Origin: Truepera sp.
GTDB lineage: Bacteria; Deinococcota; Deinococci; Deinococcales; Trueperaceae
Assembly: GCA_965218435.1 (NCBI GenBank)
Contig: CBDCKW010000009.1
Coordinates: 288,001-352,000, forward strand
Length of the DNA stretch: 64,000 nucleotides
Reading direction: 5' to 3'
A program made the position numbers and the translations under genes. Of the stretch, positions 1 through 10,373 are shown piece after piece (the stretch's first letter is position 1; every line of letters begins with the position of its first letter). Under the pieces are notes generated by a model. It did no database searches, was not told where the DNA came from, and worked only from the letters and a program-made list of their open reading frames with translations.

Positions 1-187
1 ATTCCTATTGACGTTCTAAGGCGCAGGCGTCGCTGCGTGTTGTTACACAGTGTAAAGGTCTGAGCGCAATTAGAGCGTGTGGGGTTGCCCGAGTTCGCCT
101 AATATTAAGGTCGCTCATACCTGCCGGGGTAGCCAATCTCACAGGCTGATCTACCCACCCCGGCTCACCACTTCCGTACAATACGCT

Positions 188-853
188 ATGCCGCAAAAAG
201 ACGATTTTTTATCTCGGTTACAGGCGCAGCTTAGAGAGACGCTAGAGAAGGTGCAAACACTCGCCACCGAGGGCCGCTTAGACGACGCGCTCTCAGAGGT
301 GTGGGCTGCCGAACGGAACTTGGGCCTCGAGCACACGCTTTTAAGCCGCCTGCCGAGCGCCGACCTGCTCAAACTCTTGGGACCTGCCGGAACGCCCGAT
401 ATCGAAAGAACGCTGGTCTGCGCCGAGCTGCTCCGCGCCGAGTTCAGTATCCACACCCTTCGGAGTGACACCGACCCCGCCACAGCGCAAAAGGCGTTGG
501 ACCTCTACCTTGCCGTATTAGACGCTGAACCGGGCTTTGCGCCGTTCTACGCGGCGCGTCTAGACATGTTGACCGACGCTCTCCTGGCGCAAGCCGGAGC
601 GTTACCGGCCACTACAGCGCGCGACCTCGCCGAGGTCTACCGCGCCGTCGGCCGTTTCGATGAGGCGGAAAACTGGCTTTACCGCTGGCGTGACGCCCAA
701 CCGGACACGGAACAAGACGCTGTGCGGGGGTGGGCAGAAACGTTTTACCGCGACCTGCTCGAGCTTTCCGACGAGGCGCTCGTAAAAGGGGGCTTGCCCA
801 GGGCTGAGGTTGAAGAGGGTTTGGCCGACGTGACCAGCCGGGTTTCAACATGA
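188..853 (+). CDS. Helical hypothetical protein (DUF6483-like)
   Basis: ORF 77..853; ATG at 188 lies 5 nt after TACAAT; C-terminal FY..LLELSDEAL..GGLPR.EVEEG resembles DUF6483; overlaps next gene by ATGA. Confidence 0.6.
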   Translation: MPQKDDFLSRLQAQLRETLEKVQTLATEGRLDDALSEVWAAERNLGLEHTLLSRLPSADLLKLLGPAGTPDIERTLVCAELLRAEFSIHTLRSDTDPATAQKALDLYLAVLDAEPGFAPFYAARLDMLTDALLAQAGALPATTARDLAEVYRAVGRFDEAENWLYRWRDAQPDTEQDAVRGWAETFYRDLLELSDEALVKGGLPRAEVEEGLADVTSRVST

Positions 854-2040
854 ATCACTCTGACAACCGCTTCGCCTCGAGACGCGCTCAAAACATGCCC
901 GAAAGCGTCTTCGCTACCTTCGACCGGGCCAAAGCGCGGGCGCGGCAGGCAGGTAGAGAGATCGTTGACCTCTCCATCGGTTCGTCGGACGTGGCACCCC
1001 CCGAAGTGGCGTTAGTGGCCCTGCGAAACGCAACTTACCAACCTGAAACCTACGGCTACTGCCTGTTTAGCGGGACGGAACCCCTGCGTCGGGCGGTGTC
1101 AAACTGGACGGCGCGGCGTTTCGGTTGGACGCCCGACCCGGACACGCAGGTGTTGCCGCTGATCGGCTCGCAAGAGGGCTTGGCCAATCTGCTGCTGGCC
1201 ACCACCGACCCCGGTGACGTGATCCTCACGCCCGACCCCGGGTATCCCTCATACTACGGCGCGGTGGCGCTAGCTGGGCTCGAGCTCTACCCCTTGCCCC
1301 TTTTAGAGGCGAACAGCTATCTCCCCGACCTGAGCGCCGTCCCCGCTGAGACCGCCCGCCGCGCCAAAGTCATGGTGTTGTCGTACCCGAACAATCCGAC
1401 AGCGGCCGTTGCGCCCGAGGCGTTTTTACGGGAGGCTGTGGACTTTTGCCGGGGGCACGAGATTTTGCTCGTTCACGATTTTCCCTATGCTGAGATGGTT
1501 TACGGCGATTACCGCGCTCCGAGCGTGCTGACCCAACCCGGCGCGCTAGACACAGCTGTCGAGCTCTACAGCGCCTCGAAGAGTTTTCATATGGGCGGCT
1601 TCCGCATCGGTTGGGCCGTCGGCAACGCGGACGCGCTCGCCGCCCTCGCCAAGGTTAAGGGCGCAGTGGACTTCAACCAATATCGGGGCATTCAGGCGGC
1701 GGCAGTCGCGGCTCTGGAACATGCCGAAGCCGACGTACGGCAGGCTGCGAAGACCTTTCAAACGCGCCGGGACGCGCTCGTTGCGACCCTCAACGCCGCA
1801 GGCTGGCCCACGCCGCTCCCGCAGGCGAGTATGTACGTCTGGACGCAGCTACCGCACCCTTACACCGATTCTTTCGCCTTTGCGCTTACGTTGACCGAGG
1901 CGACGGGCGTGTGTCTCGCGCCGGGACGCGCCTTTGGCGAACAAGGCGAAGGCTACGTGCGTTTTGCGCTGGTGCGGGAGCCGGAGGTGTTGGTGAAGGC
2001 AGTGGCGAAAATTCAAGCGTTTGTGAAGGTCACAGCTTGA
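850..2040 (+). CDS. PLP-dependent class I/II aminotransferase (AlaC/MtnE/DapL-like)
   Basis: YPNNPT, HDFPY and SASKSFHMGGFRIG (PLP lysine) motifs. Confidence 0.9.
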   Translation: MNHSDNRFASRRAQNMPESVFATFDRAKARARQAGREIVDLSIGSSDVAPPEVALVALRNATYQPETYGYCLFSGTEPLRRAVSNWTARRFGWTPDPDTQVLPLIGSQEGLANLLLATTDPGDVILTPDPGYPSYYGAVALAGLELYPLPLLEANSYLPDLSAVPAETARRAKVMVLSYPNNPTAAVAPEAFLREAVDFCRGHEILLVHDFPYAEMVYGDYRAPSVLTQPGALDTAVELYSASKSFHMGGFRIGWAVGNADALAALAKVKGAVDFNQYRGIQAAAVAALEHAEADVRQAAKTFQTRRDALVATLNAAGWPTPLPQASMYVWTQLPHPYTDSFAFALTLTEATGVCLAPGRAFGEQGEGYVRFALVREPEVLVKAVAKIQAFVKVTA

Positions 2041-2658
2041 AACGTTTCTGGCGTGAAGTCAGGGAATATCTGAGCGCACTCGTTGTGGCTTTTTTGATCG
2101 TGACCTTTGGGTTTACGACCGTGGGCGTTGCGGGACCGTCCATGGAGCCGACACTTTACGGCGGCTCCGGTAAGCTGCCCCAGTCGCTCTTAGTCGGTGA
2201 CCGCGTGTTCGTTCCAAAATGTGAAACCTGGTTGCGTCGGCTCGGCGTGCTGAGCGGCTATGGGCGCGGCGACATCGTAATCGCCCGTGAACTTGCCGAT
2301 TCACCTGCGCGGCAAGGACGGCGTAATTTTGTTGTCAAACGGGTGATCGGTGTACCGGGAGACACTGTAGAAGGGCGGGCCGGTCAGGTGTGGGTCAACG
2401 GCGTTCGGTTAGACTCACGCTTTCTCGGTGCTACGCCGCTAGGCCGAGTGAGCTTTCCGGCCCTCACCCTGGGTAAAAGAGACTATTTCATCATGGGCGA
2501 CAACCGCGCCCATAGTGCCGACTCGAGGCTCTACGGCCCTGTGCCCTTTTTGTCTATTGCAGGGCGAGCAAGCGGTGATTTGGCCTCCCCGACGAGACGG
2601 CCAGCTCAACTGGAAACTACTGCGCCCGCCGGAGGCGTTTGCGGCTCTGACGCCGTAG
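2037..2658 (+). CDS. lepB: Signal peptidase I with apparent frameshift near 2572
   Basis: TTG at 2037 overlaps upstream TGA; GPSMEPTL, VKRVIGVPGD, GDNR..S.DSR.YG motifs; homologue-like tail AVIWPPRRDGQLNWKLLRPPEAF is in another frame ending TAG 2658. Confidence 0.85.
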
Positions 2659-3168
2659 TTCTAAAAGTCCTTGCAGATTGATCAAAAAGTGCGCAACCAG
2701 CCCCGGCCAGAGGCTGCCGGTCAGCACCGCTGCGTACCCAAACGCCAGCCCTGATAGGGCCGCGTAAAGCGTATAACTCCAGCCTTTGCGGGGCATCGGG
2801 TGTAAGAGGCCGAACACGAGAGCTTGACCCCACACCCCGATCAGGCCCTGGAGCGCACCCCGGAAAAACAGCTCTTCGGCACCGGCGGTCAGGGCGGCGA
2901 AGAGAAGGGCCTCGAGCCACGACGGTCGCAGCCGCGCGAGGGCACGCTCGAGCAGTCCCGACGCGTAGCGAAACGACGGCAATGTTCGTTCCAAAAGCCA
3001 CGCGCCGCCCAGAAGCCCGACCATCAGTGCTACTGTGACGAGCGCGAGCGTTAAGAGACCTGCGGGGAGACCGTAATTGACCGGATAAAACGACAGCCAC
3101 CCCGCGCCGACGAGTCCGGTCAAGAGGCTGGGTAAAAAAGGGAGGTAACGGCGTAAGGGCTTCATCAT
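2617..3168 (-). CDS. CPBP/CAAX (Abi-like) intramembrane metalloprotease
   Basis: EELFFRG, FGLLH and AHFLIN motifs; hydrophobic; ATGs at 3168/3165. Confidence 0.85.
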   Translation of the reverse strand: MMKPLRRYLPFLPSLLTGLVGAGWLSFYPVNYGLPAGLLTLALVTVALMVGLLGGAWLLERTLPSFRYASGLLERALARLRPSWLEALLFAALTAGAEELFFRGALQGLIGVWGQALVFGLLHPMPRKGWSYTLYAALSGLAFGYAAVLTGSLWPGLVAHFLINLQGLLELRRQSRKRLRRAQ

Positions 3169-3328
3169 GCAGGTTCCGTGATAACACACTTCGGCCCAAG
3201 GCGTGGGTCGCGCAGTTGGGGAGTTATAACCGCTTTCTAAAGCTGATACTGAAGTTTGCAAGACACACCGCGCAGCCAAACTCTCGTAGGGTAATACGGC
3301 AGCACGTTAAACGAAAAGGAGAGAACAT

Positions 3329-4333
3329 ATGGCAGTTCAGCATAAACGGTTGGGTCAACGCGGCGTCTTGGTCAGTAATTTGTGCCTCGGGACGATGAAC
3401 TTTGGCCCCTATACCTCAGAAGAAGACAGCTTTAAGATTATGGACCGGGCGTTAGAACTCGGCATCAACTTTTTTGATACCGCCGACGTTTACGGCCGCG
3501 GTGACAGCGGACAATCGGGCGATACCGAGATCATCTTGGGCAACTGGTTTGCCCAGGGCGGCGGCAGGCGTGACGCGGTGGTCTTGGCGACGAAGGTTTA
3601 CAACCCGGTGACGCGTCAAGGCAACCTCGCCGAACCCAACACCGACGACCGCAGTTTGTCGGCGATGAAGATCAAAAAGCACTGTGAGGGCAGCTTAAAG
3701 CGCCTGCAAACCGATTGGATTGACCTCTACCAGATGCACCACGTTGACCGCGACTGCTCCTGGGATGAGCTGTGGGAAGCGTTTTCGCATCTAGGGGAGC
3801 AGGGCAAGATCGTCTATACGGGCTCGAGCAACTTCGCCGGTTGGGACATTGCAACCGCGTGTCAGGAAGCCTCAAAGCGCGGCATGATGGGCTTGGCGAG
3901 CGAGCAGAGCATCTATCATTTGGACAACCGGATGGTCGAACTCGAGGTCATCCCGGCGTGTGAACATTACGGCGTCGGCCTGATCCCCTGGAGCCCGCTC
4001 GGAGGGGGACTCTTAGGCGGCGTTTTGGGCAAAATCGAAGGGGGTCGCCGGATGAACGAGGGGATGACCAAGCAGATTGAGGCGAAGCGGCCCCAGCTCG
4101 AGCGTTACGAATCGCTTTGCAAAGACCTGGGCGAAGAACCCGCAACCGTCGCGCTGGCGTGGCTGTTACACAACCCGGTCGTGACCGCGCCGATTATCGG
4201 ACCCCGGACGATGGAGCAGCTCGAGAGTGCCGTCCGCGCCACTGAAGTGACCTTAGACGAAGACACTCTTAAGAAACTCGACGAGCTCTTTCCGGGACCG
4301 GGGGGGGCTGCGCCGAACGCCTACGCCTGGTAG
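3329..4333 (+). CDS. Aldo/keto reductase
   Basis: LGTMNFG, FFDTADVY, LATK, IDLYQMH, PIIGPRT motifs; AAAGGAG RBS. Confidence 0.95.
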   Translation: MAVQHKRLGQRGVLVSNLCLGTMNFGPYTSEEDSFKIMDRALELGINFFDTADVYGRGDSGQSGDTEIILGNWFAQGGGRRDAVVLATKVYNPVTRQGNLAEPNTDDRSLSAMKIKKHCEGSLKRLQTDWIDLYQMHHVDRDCSWDELWEAFSHLGEQGKIVYTGSSNFAGWDIATACQEASKRGMMGLASEQSIYHLDNRMVELEVIPACEHYGVGLIPWSPLGGGLLGGVLGKIEGGRRMNEGMTKQIEAKRPQLERYESLCKDLGEEPATVALAWLLHNPVVTAPIIGPRTMEQLESAVRATEVTLDEDTLKKLDELFPGPGGAAPNAYAW

Positions 4334-4349
4334 TAGCGACTGTATAGCG

Positions 4350-4392
4350 GGTATCCCTAGCGGCATCAGCTTGTTGCTAGGGATACTTTGTT
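4350..4392 (+). terminator. Intrinsic terminator between convergent genes
   Basis: gtatccctagcggca..tgttgctagggatac stem followed by tttgttg. Confidence 0.7.
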
Positions 4393-4393
4393 G

Positions 4394-5725
4394 TTACGAA
4401 GGCACCTGACATAGCTGCACGGTAACCTCACCCGTAGCGGTCTTAGGAAGTTCTAGCTCGAGCGACTCGAGCGGTGAAGGCGTGTCTTTAAGCATGGCAA
4501 AAAAGCGCCCTGAATTGCTGCTGGCGTCAGGTCGCGGGTGATGGAAAGAAAATGCGTCCAGCTCCTGTCCTCGGTAGTGAAAGCTCACGTTAAAGTCGGT
4601 TATCTTGAGGTCACTCAAGATAACCGACAAGTAACGCTGCTCCGAGCTGGCTAAAGCAGGTAAGTCCGAACTAATCGTCAGTTTGTCTTGAACGGGGTAC
4701 GTCTTTTGGAAGGCTACGTTGTCGTCACGGCATAAACCGTACACCGAGGCAATTAACCTCCGCTTTTGCGGTTCAACGATAGGCGTGACAGAGATAGGAA
4801 ACTCCCAAACGATGACTTTGGGTTTGTGAGCTGTGTAAACGTCACCTCTAAGGTACGTTTCGAGCGGAAACACCAGCCCACCTCCACCGATTGACGCGTT
4901 ATAAACTGGACTTTGAAGCCACACTGAAAGGAAGCCGACATCGTAGGGCGGGATGCTGAAGCTCGAGCCGGATTGAATGACTTCGGCGTTCGCGTCGTCT
5001 GCGCTGGAGGGCTCGACAGCGTAGTGCTTGAGCGGCTCCGGAGGCAGGTGATAGCCGCAATTGTCGTTTAACCAGCTGTTGACGTGTTGACCGTAATAGG
5101 GTTCATCGGGCAAAACGCGGGAGAGTTTAGTGTCACGTTTGGGGAGCGTGGGCGCAACCCGCTTTACCGCGTCGGCAACCACCTTAAGTACGGCGTTCGC
5201 ACCGTCAGGTGACCAATGAACGTCGCGCTTAAAAAAGGTGTAACCACCCTCGGCGCTGTACGCCTGCATCGCGGCGAGGGCGTCAACGACCTCAACGCCT
5301 CCTGAACGCACCTTTTCAACAAACGCTCTGTAATCAGCTTGAGCTTTTTCAGGTGAAAACGCTGCCTGCCAGGGATCTTCCTTGTACAAAAACTCGGGAT
5401 TGCTCATCCCGACGCCTGGTAGGGGTACGAGCACAAGTTTTATACCCTGAGACTCGAGCACCTTTTTCATCTCAACGAAAAAGTCGGCCTCTTGCAAGTT
5501 GGGATAGGTTTTCCAGAAGTCGTGATTAAAGTAAAACCAACCCTTATAGCCCTGATAACCGCCCCGCTTGGGCAGTGTGGCGAGGGCCTTGGGACAGATG
5601 TCGAACTCGAGCACGCTGCCGGAACCGGGCTGGATGACCGGCTCTTGGCGGCAAGCACTAAGCCCTAATAGAGTGCAGACCATGACAGACGCGCCTATGC
5701 GAGTAACAAGCTTGTTGACAGACAT
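4394..5725 (-). CDS. algX: AlgX-like SGNH O-acetyltransferase lipoprotein with C-terminal CBM-like domain
   Basis: Lipobox LGLSAC; RDVHW, SGSSFS and IVWEFP motifs. Confidence 0.8.
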   Translation of the reverse strand: MSVNKLVTRIGASVMVCTLLGLSACRQEPVIQPGSGSVLEFDICPKALATLPKRGGYQGYKGWFYFNHDFWKTYPNLQEADFFVEMKKVLESQGIKLVLVPLPGVGMSNPEFLYKEDPWQAAFSPEKAQADYRAFVEKVRSGGVEVVDALAAMQAYSAEGGYTFFKRDVHWSPDGANAVLKVVADAVKRVAPTLPKRDTKLSRVLPDEPYYGQHVNSWLNDNCGYHLPPEPLKHYAVEPSSADDANAEVIQSGSSFSIPPYDVGFLSVWLQSPVYNASIGGGGLVFPLETYLRGDVYTAHKPKVIVWEFPISVTPIVEPQKRRLIASVYGLCRDDNVAFQKTYPVQDKLTISSDLPALASSEQRYLSVILSDLKITDFNVSFHYRGQELDAFSFHHPRPDASSNSGRFFAMLKDTPSPLESLELELPKTATGEVTVQLCQVPS

Positions 5726-5840
5726 AGATACCTTCTCAGAGGAGTTTTGTAAAGCTGCCAAAAACTGGTTTAGTTTAACAAGTCGGATGACAAAACGCTA
5801 TCACGCTCAGTCAACCGCCGGTGAACTCAGTTCAGGGTCT

Positions 5841-7169
5841 TTACGGTACCTTACAAAGCTGCGCACTAACGCCGCCCGTTATCCCTCGAGGCAAGCCAAG
5901 CTCGACGCCCGTTAAGACAGCTTTCGGGTCATCTTTAAGCGATAAAAAGTATTGCCCACGGTTGGGGGTAAGGGTTGAACGCTCGAGCGTCACCGTCTCA
6001 TTCGTGCCGTCTCGGTAGCTCAGGGTCACCTTGAAGTTCAGCACGCCTAAGTCGTCGAAGTTCAGCTCGAGGTAATGCTGAGCCGCAGAGACGCCCGTGC
6101 CGTCAGCGAGGCTGGCGAGCGGTACGCCGCGTGCGGTGCTGGCGTCGCTAAACCGTGTTTCGGGTGCCGCGCAGCCTCCGTAAACGCTGCCTAAAATTTC
6201 GCGTTGTGCCCCCTCGGGGATGGGGTCGGCGAAGGTAGGAAACTCCCACACCAAGACGCTTGGTCGGTCGGTTTGATACGCGCCGTCGAGCAAATAGCTC
6301 TGTAACCCGATGTAAGCGCCGCCTGCGCCGACCGAGACGTTTAAGACCTCACTTTGCAGCGCAGCGGCTAAAAAGTCGTAGCCGTAAGGAGGCAGGGAAA
6401 AGCTCGAGCCTGCCAACACAACTTCGGGCGCACTGCCGCCGAAGAGTCCGCCTCCAGGGTCAGGTCTGGAAAGCGTATAGATACCCTGGGGTTCGGTGGG
6501 GAGGACGTAGCCACACTGCGAATACGTCCAGTTGCTGACGAACTGACCTCGGTGCTGGTCATCCTCCGGTTCTCTCGTTAAGACTAACTTGGTTTGCAGC
6601 AACGAATTTCCAGTCAGCTCTTTAACTTGCGCCGCCACGTCCTTAAAGAGCGCGTTCGCACCCTCGGCGTTCCAGTGCAGGTCACGTTTGAAAAAAGTTT
6701 GTCCGCCGCCTGCGTCAAAGGCTCTGGCCGCCCCTACGACATCAAAAACCTGGACGCCCGCTTCCTCGAGCGTGCTCACAAACGCCTTGTAAACGGCGTC
6801 AGCTTCTTCCGGGTCAAAGGCGGCTTGCTGCGGGTCGTCCCGGTAGAGCGTATCGGGCCGGACAACCGCGCGGCTCGAGATCGGCATGGCCAAAAGCGTG
6901 ACGCCTTGCGACGCGAGGCGTCCGCTCAGCTCGGCGATAAAGTCGGTTTGTTCAAATATCGGCAGCGTTTCCTCGAGATCGTACGCAAAGTAAAACCAGC
7001 CGTTTAGCCCTTGAAAGGCGCGATACGCGGCGGGGCGCTCGAGCGCCTGATCACATATTTTATAGTTTAGTTCAGCGTTTAGGTTGGGTTTAATCTGCGG
7101 TACGACGGCGCAAGCGCCTAAAAATATCAGCAAGACCAGAGAAGAAAGACGTGGGTAGACGGGGTTCAC
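5841..7169 (-). CDS. algX: AlgX-like SGNH O-acetyltransferase lipoprotein
   Basis: GTG at 7169 overlaps algJ stop; lipobox FLGAC; RDLHW, AGSSFS and LVWEFP motifs; C-terminal beta domain. Confidence 0.85.
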   Translation of the reverse strand: MNPVYPRLSSLVLLIFLGACAVVPQIKPNLNAELNYKICDQALERPAAYRAFQGLNGWFYFAYDLEETLPIFEQTDFIAELSGRLASQGVTLLAMPISSRAVVRPDTLYRDDPQQAAFDPEEADAVYKAFVSTLEEAGVQVFDVVGAARAFDAGGGQTFFKRDLHWNAEGANALFKDVAAQVKELTGNSLLQTKLVLTREPEDDQHRGQFVSNWTYSQCGYVLPTEPQGIYTLSRPDPGGGLFGGSAPEVVLAGSSFSLPPYGYDFLAAALQSEVLNVSVGAGGAYIGLQSYLLDGAYQTDRPSVLVWEFPTFADPIPEGAQREILGSVYGGCAAPETRFSDASTARGVPLASLADGTGVSAAQHYLELNFDDLGVLNFKVTLSYRDGTNETVTLERSTLTPNRGQYFLSLKDDPKAVLTGVELGLPRGITGGVSAQLCKVP

Positions 7170-8308
7170 GGAGCCTCCGGCAGCGGCAGATAGCGTTCGG
7201 GAATCTCCCAAACGACGAGTTTAGGGGGGGCGTCTCTGAGTTCACTGCTCTTCAAATAGTCACGCATCGGCGGCAGCGGGCCTTGCCCTTCGGTCGCCAC
7301 ATCGAGCACGTCCGCGCCGAGCGCCTGCTGCAGCGCACCGGCAAAGTTCCACCGCTCGTCGGCGCTGTAGCTCGTCCCGACGAGGGTAACCGGAACCGTC
7401 TGTGCGCCGAAAAGCCCTCCGGCTGAGCTGCTCAGGGCTCGCGTTCGGCGGGTCTCGAGCATATCCGGCGCTGGCCCCAAACGGTCCTGTAACACACCGA
7501 GCGGCAAAAAGTTGAGCAGGTCACCTTGATGCTGAGTCTGTCCTGTGTGGGCCGTCTTATAGCGGCTTTCAAAAAGGCCGGTCACATCTGTTCGGCGCAC
7601 GGCTTTTGCCAGCGTGTCAGCGGCGACTTCAGCTCCTGCAGGCGTCCAGTGCGTATCGGTACGCAGATAAACCTGCGTTTTTTCCTTAGCGTGGGTCAAA
7701 GGCGTCAGCAGGTCGGGCGCAATAATAGTGGCCTGAGTGAGAGAGCGGCGGAAACTCTCATAACGGTCTTCTGTATAACTCGGCAAGGTGCGGCCCACGA
7801 ACTCTGGGTAAACCCGCGACTTGTCGGGAACGAGGCCGACGATAAGCGTCACGCCTTTTTCAGCAAGCTCAGCTTGAACCTTTTTGATATAGGCTAGTTT
7901 ACGCGCCGTTTCAGCGGCGGCGTTCTTGTAAAAAGCCACCTCTTCGCCGGTAAAAAGCCAGCCTTTTCGACCGACCACAACGCCTTGTCGCCCTTCGTGG
8001 AAGAGCCCGTACTCGAGCACCCCCCAAGTTGCAATCGCGGCGTCCCGGAAGGGCAAGGCTTCGTTAAACGCTTTTTCGTAGCGGGCCGCTTGTTCACCGC
8101 GCAAAAACGATCCCTCACGCGGCCACCTAAACGTCTCGGGTGTTAGGAGTGCCGCACCTAAGCCGAGGCTTAGTACCACGAGTAAAAAGATGCCAGGGAG
8201 CCGGGGCAGGGACGCCGGAAGCGGGTTGTGACGAATGTCCTCTACGTCTGTTGCCGGGTCGGGGTGGGTTACCGGACGCTCAGCGCCTTGAGGAATTGTT
8301 CGTTCCAT
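7166..8308 (-). CDS. algJ: AlgJ-like O-acetyltransferase with N-terminal membrane anchor
   Basis: VVVGRKGWLF, PDKSRVY, RTDTHWTP, VGTSYS and WEIPERY motifs. Confidence 0.9.
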   Translation of the reverse strand: MERTIPQGAERPVTHPDPATDVEDIRHNPLPASLPRLPGIFLLVVLSLGLGAALLTPETFRWPREGSFLRGEQAARYEKAFNEALPFRDAAIATWGVLEYGLFHEGRQGVVVGRKGWLFTGEEVAFYKNAAAETARKLAYIKKVQAELAEKGVTLIVGLVPDKSRVYPEFVGRTLPSYTEDRYESFRRSLTQATIIAPDLLTPLTHAKEKTQVYLRTDTHWTPAGAEVAADTLAKAVRRTDVTGLFESRYKTAHTGQTQHQGDLLNFLPLGVLQDRLGPAPDMLETRRTRALSSSAGGLFGAQTVPVTLVGTSYSADERWNFAGALQQALGADVLDVATEGQGPLPPMRDYLKSSELRDAPPKLVVWEIPERYLPLPEAP

Positions 8309-8321
8309 TAGAACTGTCCCA

Positions 8322-9737
8322 TCAAAACTGAAAGTACAAAAAGGGTGAAAAGCTCTGGGCCGAAAGCCGGAAAACGCCTAAAATAAATAAGGGCAAGATC
8401 AGCAGATGGATGTTTTGCAAGGTGCGTTGCCGACCTTCAGGGAAGCGCCACAGAAGGCTGCGCCACCACGGAGCAACGTAGATCAGCACAAGGCCGAGAA
8501 TGAGTGTGGTGACCTCGAGCCCCGTCAGCTCCCAGGTAAAGCTCTCGGGTAGCGCCCAGCCGTTCGCCCCGGCCATGCCCCGCACTATATGCCACGCTTG
8601 TCCGACCGAAGTGGCCCGGAACAAGACCCACCCAACGATGACAATCAGCATGGTTTTGGGAACGCTTAAAAAGGCCGGAACCGGCCGCCAGAGCTTGCGT
8701 TTACCTAAAAACCGCTCCACGACCAAAAAACCCCCATGCCACGCGCCCCACAAGACGAACGTCCAGTTCGCGCCGTGCCAGAGCCCGCCTAAAAGCATCA
8801 CTAAAAGCAGATTGACGTAGGTGCGGCTCGCGCCGCGGCGGTTGCCGCCTAGCGGAATATACAAGTAGTCGCGGAGCCAGCTCGAGAGTGAAATATGCCA
8901 GCGCGTCCAAAACTCGGTGATCGAGCGGCTGATATACGGGTAGTTGAAGTTTTCCATAAACCGAAAGCCCATCATCAACCCGAGCCCAATCGCCATATCC
9001 GAGTAGCCGGAAAAGTCAAAATAAAGTTGCACCGTATAGGCGAGTGCGCCGAGCCACGCGGCGGCGGCGGTCGGGTCGGAGGTGGCAAAGACGCGGTCAG
9101 CCAGCGTCGCTACCCCGTCGGCAATTAGGACTTTTTTGCAAAATCCGACCATGAACCGTAGTGCGCCCTCGGAAAACTTGTCGAAGGTATGGGTGCGTTC
9201 GTAAAACTGGTCGGCGAGGTCTTTGTACCGTAAAACGGGTCCGGCAATCAGCTGCGGAAACAGCGCGATAAAGGCGCTCAGGTCCCAAAAGTTACGGGCG
9301 GGCGGCGCGTCTCTCCGGTACACGTCAACCACATAACTTATCGCTTGAAAGGTGTAAAACGACAGGCCGATCGGCAAAACGACCGCCCACGCCGTAAACG
9401 TCGGAACGCCGATGCTCGAGAACGCCGCATTGAGGCTGTCCACACCGAAGTTAAAGTATTTGAAGTAGCCGAGCGCCGCCAGGTCAAAGGTAACGCCCAA
9501 AGTTAGATAGAGTTTGGCAGTGCGTTTGGTTTGAGCTTTGGCGACCCCTAACCCGGCCAGGTAGCTAAGCAACGTGACACCGAAAAAAAGACCCAGAAAG
9601 TCTACCCGCCACCAACCGTAAAAGATGTAGCTCGAGACCAAAATCAGGGGTGAGCGGAAGCGAAATGGGATGAGGTAGTAGACCCCCAAAAAGAGGGGTA
9701 AAAAGAGGAAGAGAAAGATGGGAGTAGAGAAAACCAT
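8322..9737 (-). CDS. algI: MBOAT family O-acyltransferase (AlgI)
   Basis: MVFS start; LPIGLSFYTFQ, FWTRWHISLSSWLRDYLY, GLWHGA; ends FLYFQF. Confidence 0.95.
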   Translation of the reverse strand: MVFSTPIFLFLFLPLFLGVYYLIPFRFRSPLILVSSYIFYGWWRVDFLGLFFGVTLLSYLAGLGVAKAQTKRTAKLYLTLGVTFDLAALGYFKYFNFGVDSLNAAFSSIGVPTFTAWAVVLPIGLSFYTFQAISYVVDVYRRDAPPARNFWDLSAFIALFPQLIAGPVLRYKDLADQFYERTHTFDKFSEGALRFMVGFCKKVLIADGVATLADRVFATSDPTAAAAWLGALAYTVQLYFDFSGYSDMAIGLGLMMGFRFMENFNYPYISRSITEFWTRWHISLSSWLRDYLYIPLGGNRRGASRTYVNLLLVMLLGGLWHGANWTFVLWGAWHGGFLVVERFLGKRKLWRPVPAFLSVPKTMLIVIVGWVLFRATSVGQAWHIVRGMAGANGWALPESFTWELTGLEVTTLILGLVLIYVAPWWRSLLWRFPEGRQRTLQNIHLLILPLFILGVFRLSAQSFSPFLYFQF

Positions 9738-9755
9738 ACGGGTTGTTCGTTTCGG

Positions 9756-10373
9756 TTATTCGGTCGTAGTGGTGTTTTGCACAAAGACGGCAGTGTCGTC
9801 GGGCAAGACAAAGGTGCTGTAGGCGGCGCTACGCTCGAGCTGCACCTCAGCAAAGGTGGTGAGCGCCGCGCTGCCACGAAATGCGCCGAACGCTACCGAA
9901 ATCGGATTGACCGGAATGCTCCCGACCTCGCCGGGAGCGACGTCCGGGATGACAGCGGTCGAACCGTCCGCCGTTTTGAGGTTGACGGGTTTTGCCGAAG
10001 TGTTGTAGAGCAGTAGCAGGGTTTGTGCGCGGTTGTCTAACGTTGGGTCCTCAATCAGTGTGGCGCTGTCCCCAATTATCACGGTGTAAAAACGGCCCGC
10101 TTGCAGGGTTAAGGTGTCCGTGACGTTTCCAGCACTTAAGTCGGCGTTGCCCTGAAGTACCACGCGGTACGGGCTGACCTTGCCGTAAGCGAGCGCCTGA
10201 AAGCTCGTGTCACCGAGCGTCGGCGTTGTCTCACCTTGATTTGTGTTGAGAATGCGGACGAAGGCGGCGTCGGCGGGGGGCGCGGGCGCGTACAGCCCTT
10301 CGTCTTGCGCGGCTGCCCAGCCTAAAACCCAAACCAAACAAAAACCACTAACGATTAAGGCTAACTTTTTGAT
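9756..10373 (-). CDS. algF: AlgF-like periplasmic accessory protein
   Basis: LYAPAPPADAAFVR is typical of the AlgF N-terminus; frame extends to an ATC at 10373 behind GGAGG, giving the signal peptide (M)KKLALIV...AAAQ. Confidence 0.85.
   Translation of the reverse strand: MKKLALIVSGFCLVWVLGWAAAQDEGLYAPAPPADAAFVRILNTNQGETTPTLGDTSFQALAYGKVSPYRVVLQGNADLSAGNVTDTLTLQAGRFYTVIIGDSATLIEDPTLDNRAQTLLLLYNTSAKPVNLKTADGSTAVIPDVAPGEVGSIPVNPISVAFGAFRGSAALTTFAEVQLERSAAYSTFVLPDDTAVFVQNTTTTE

Noticed and set aside
100..170. GC-rich stem (gccggggtag...ctacccaccccggc) as an ncRNA or riboswitch
   Set aside because: No recognisable family motif; context cut by the window edge
850..2040. Calling the aminotransferase dapL
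   Set aside because: hicdh indicates the aminoadipate lysine route; substrate cannot be assigned from motifs
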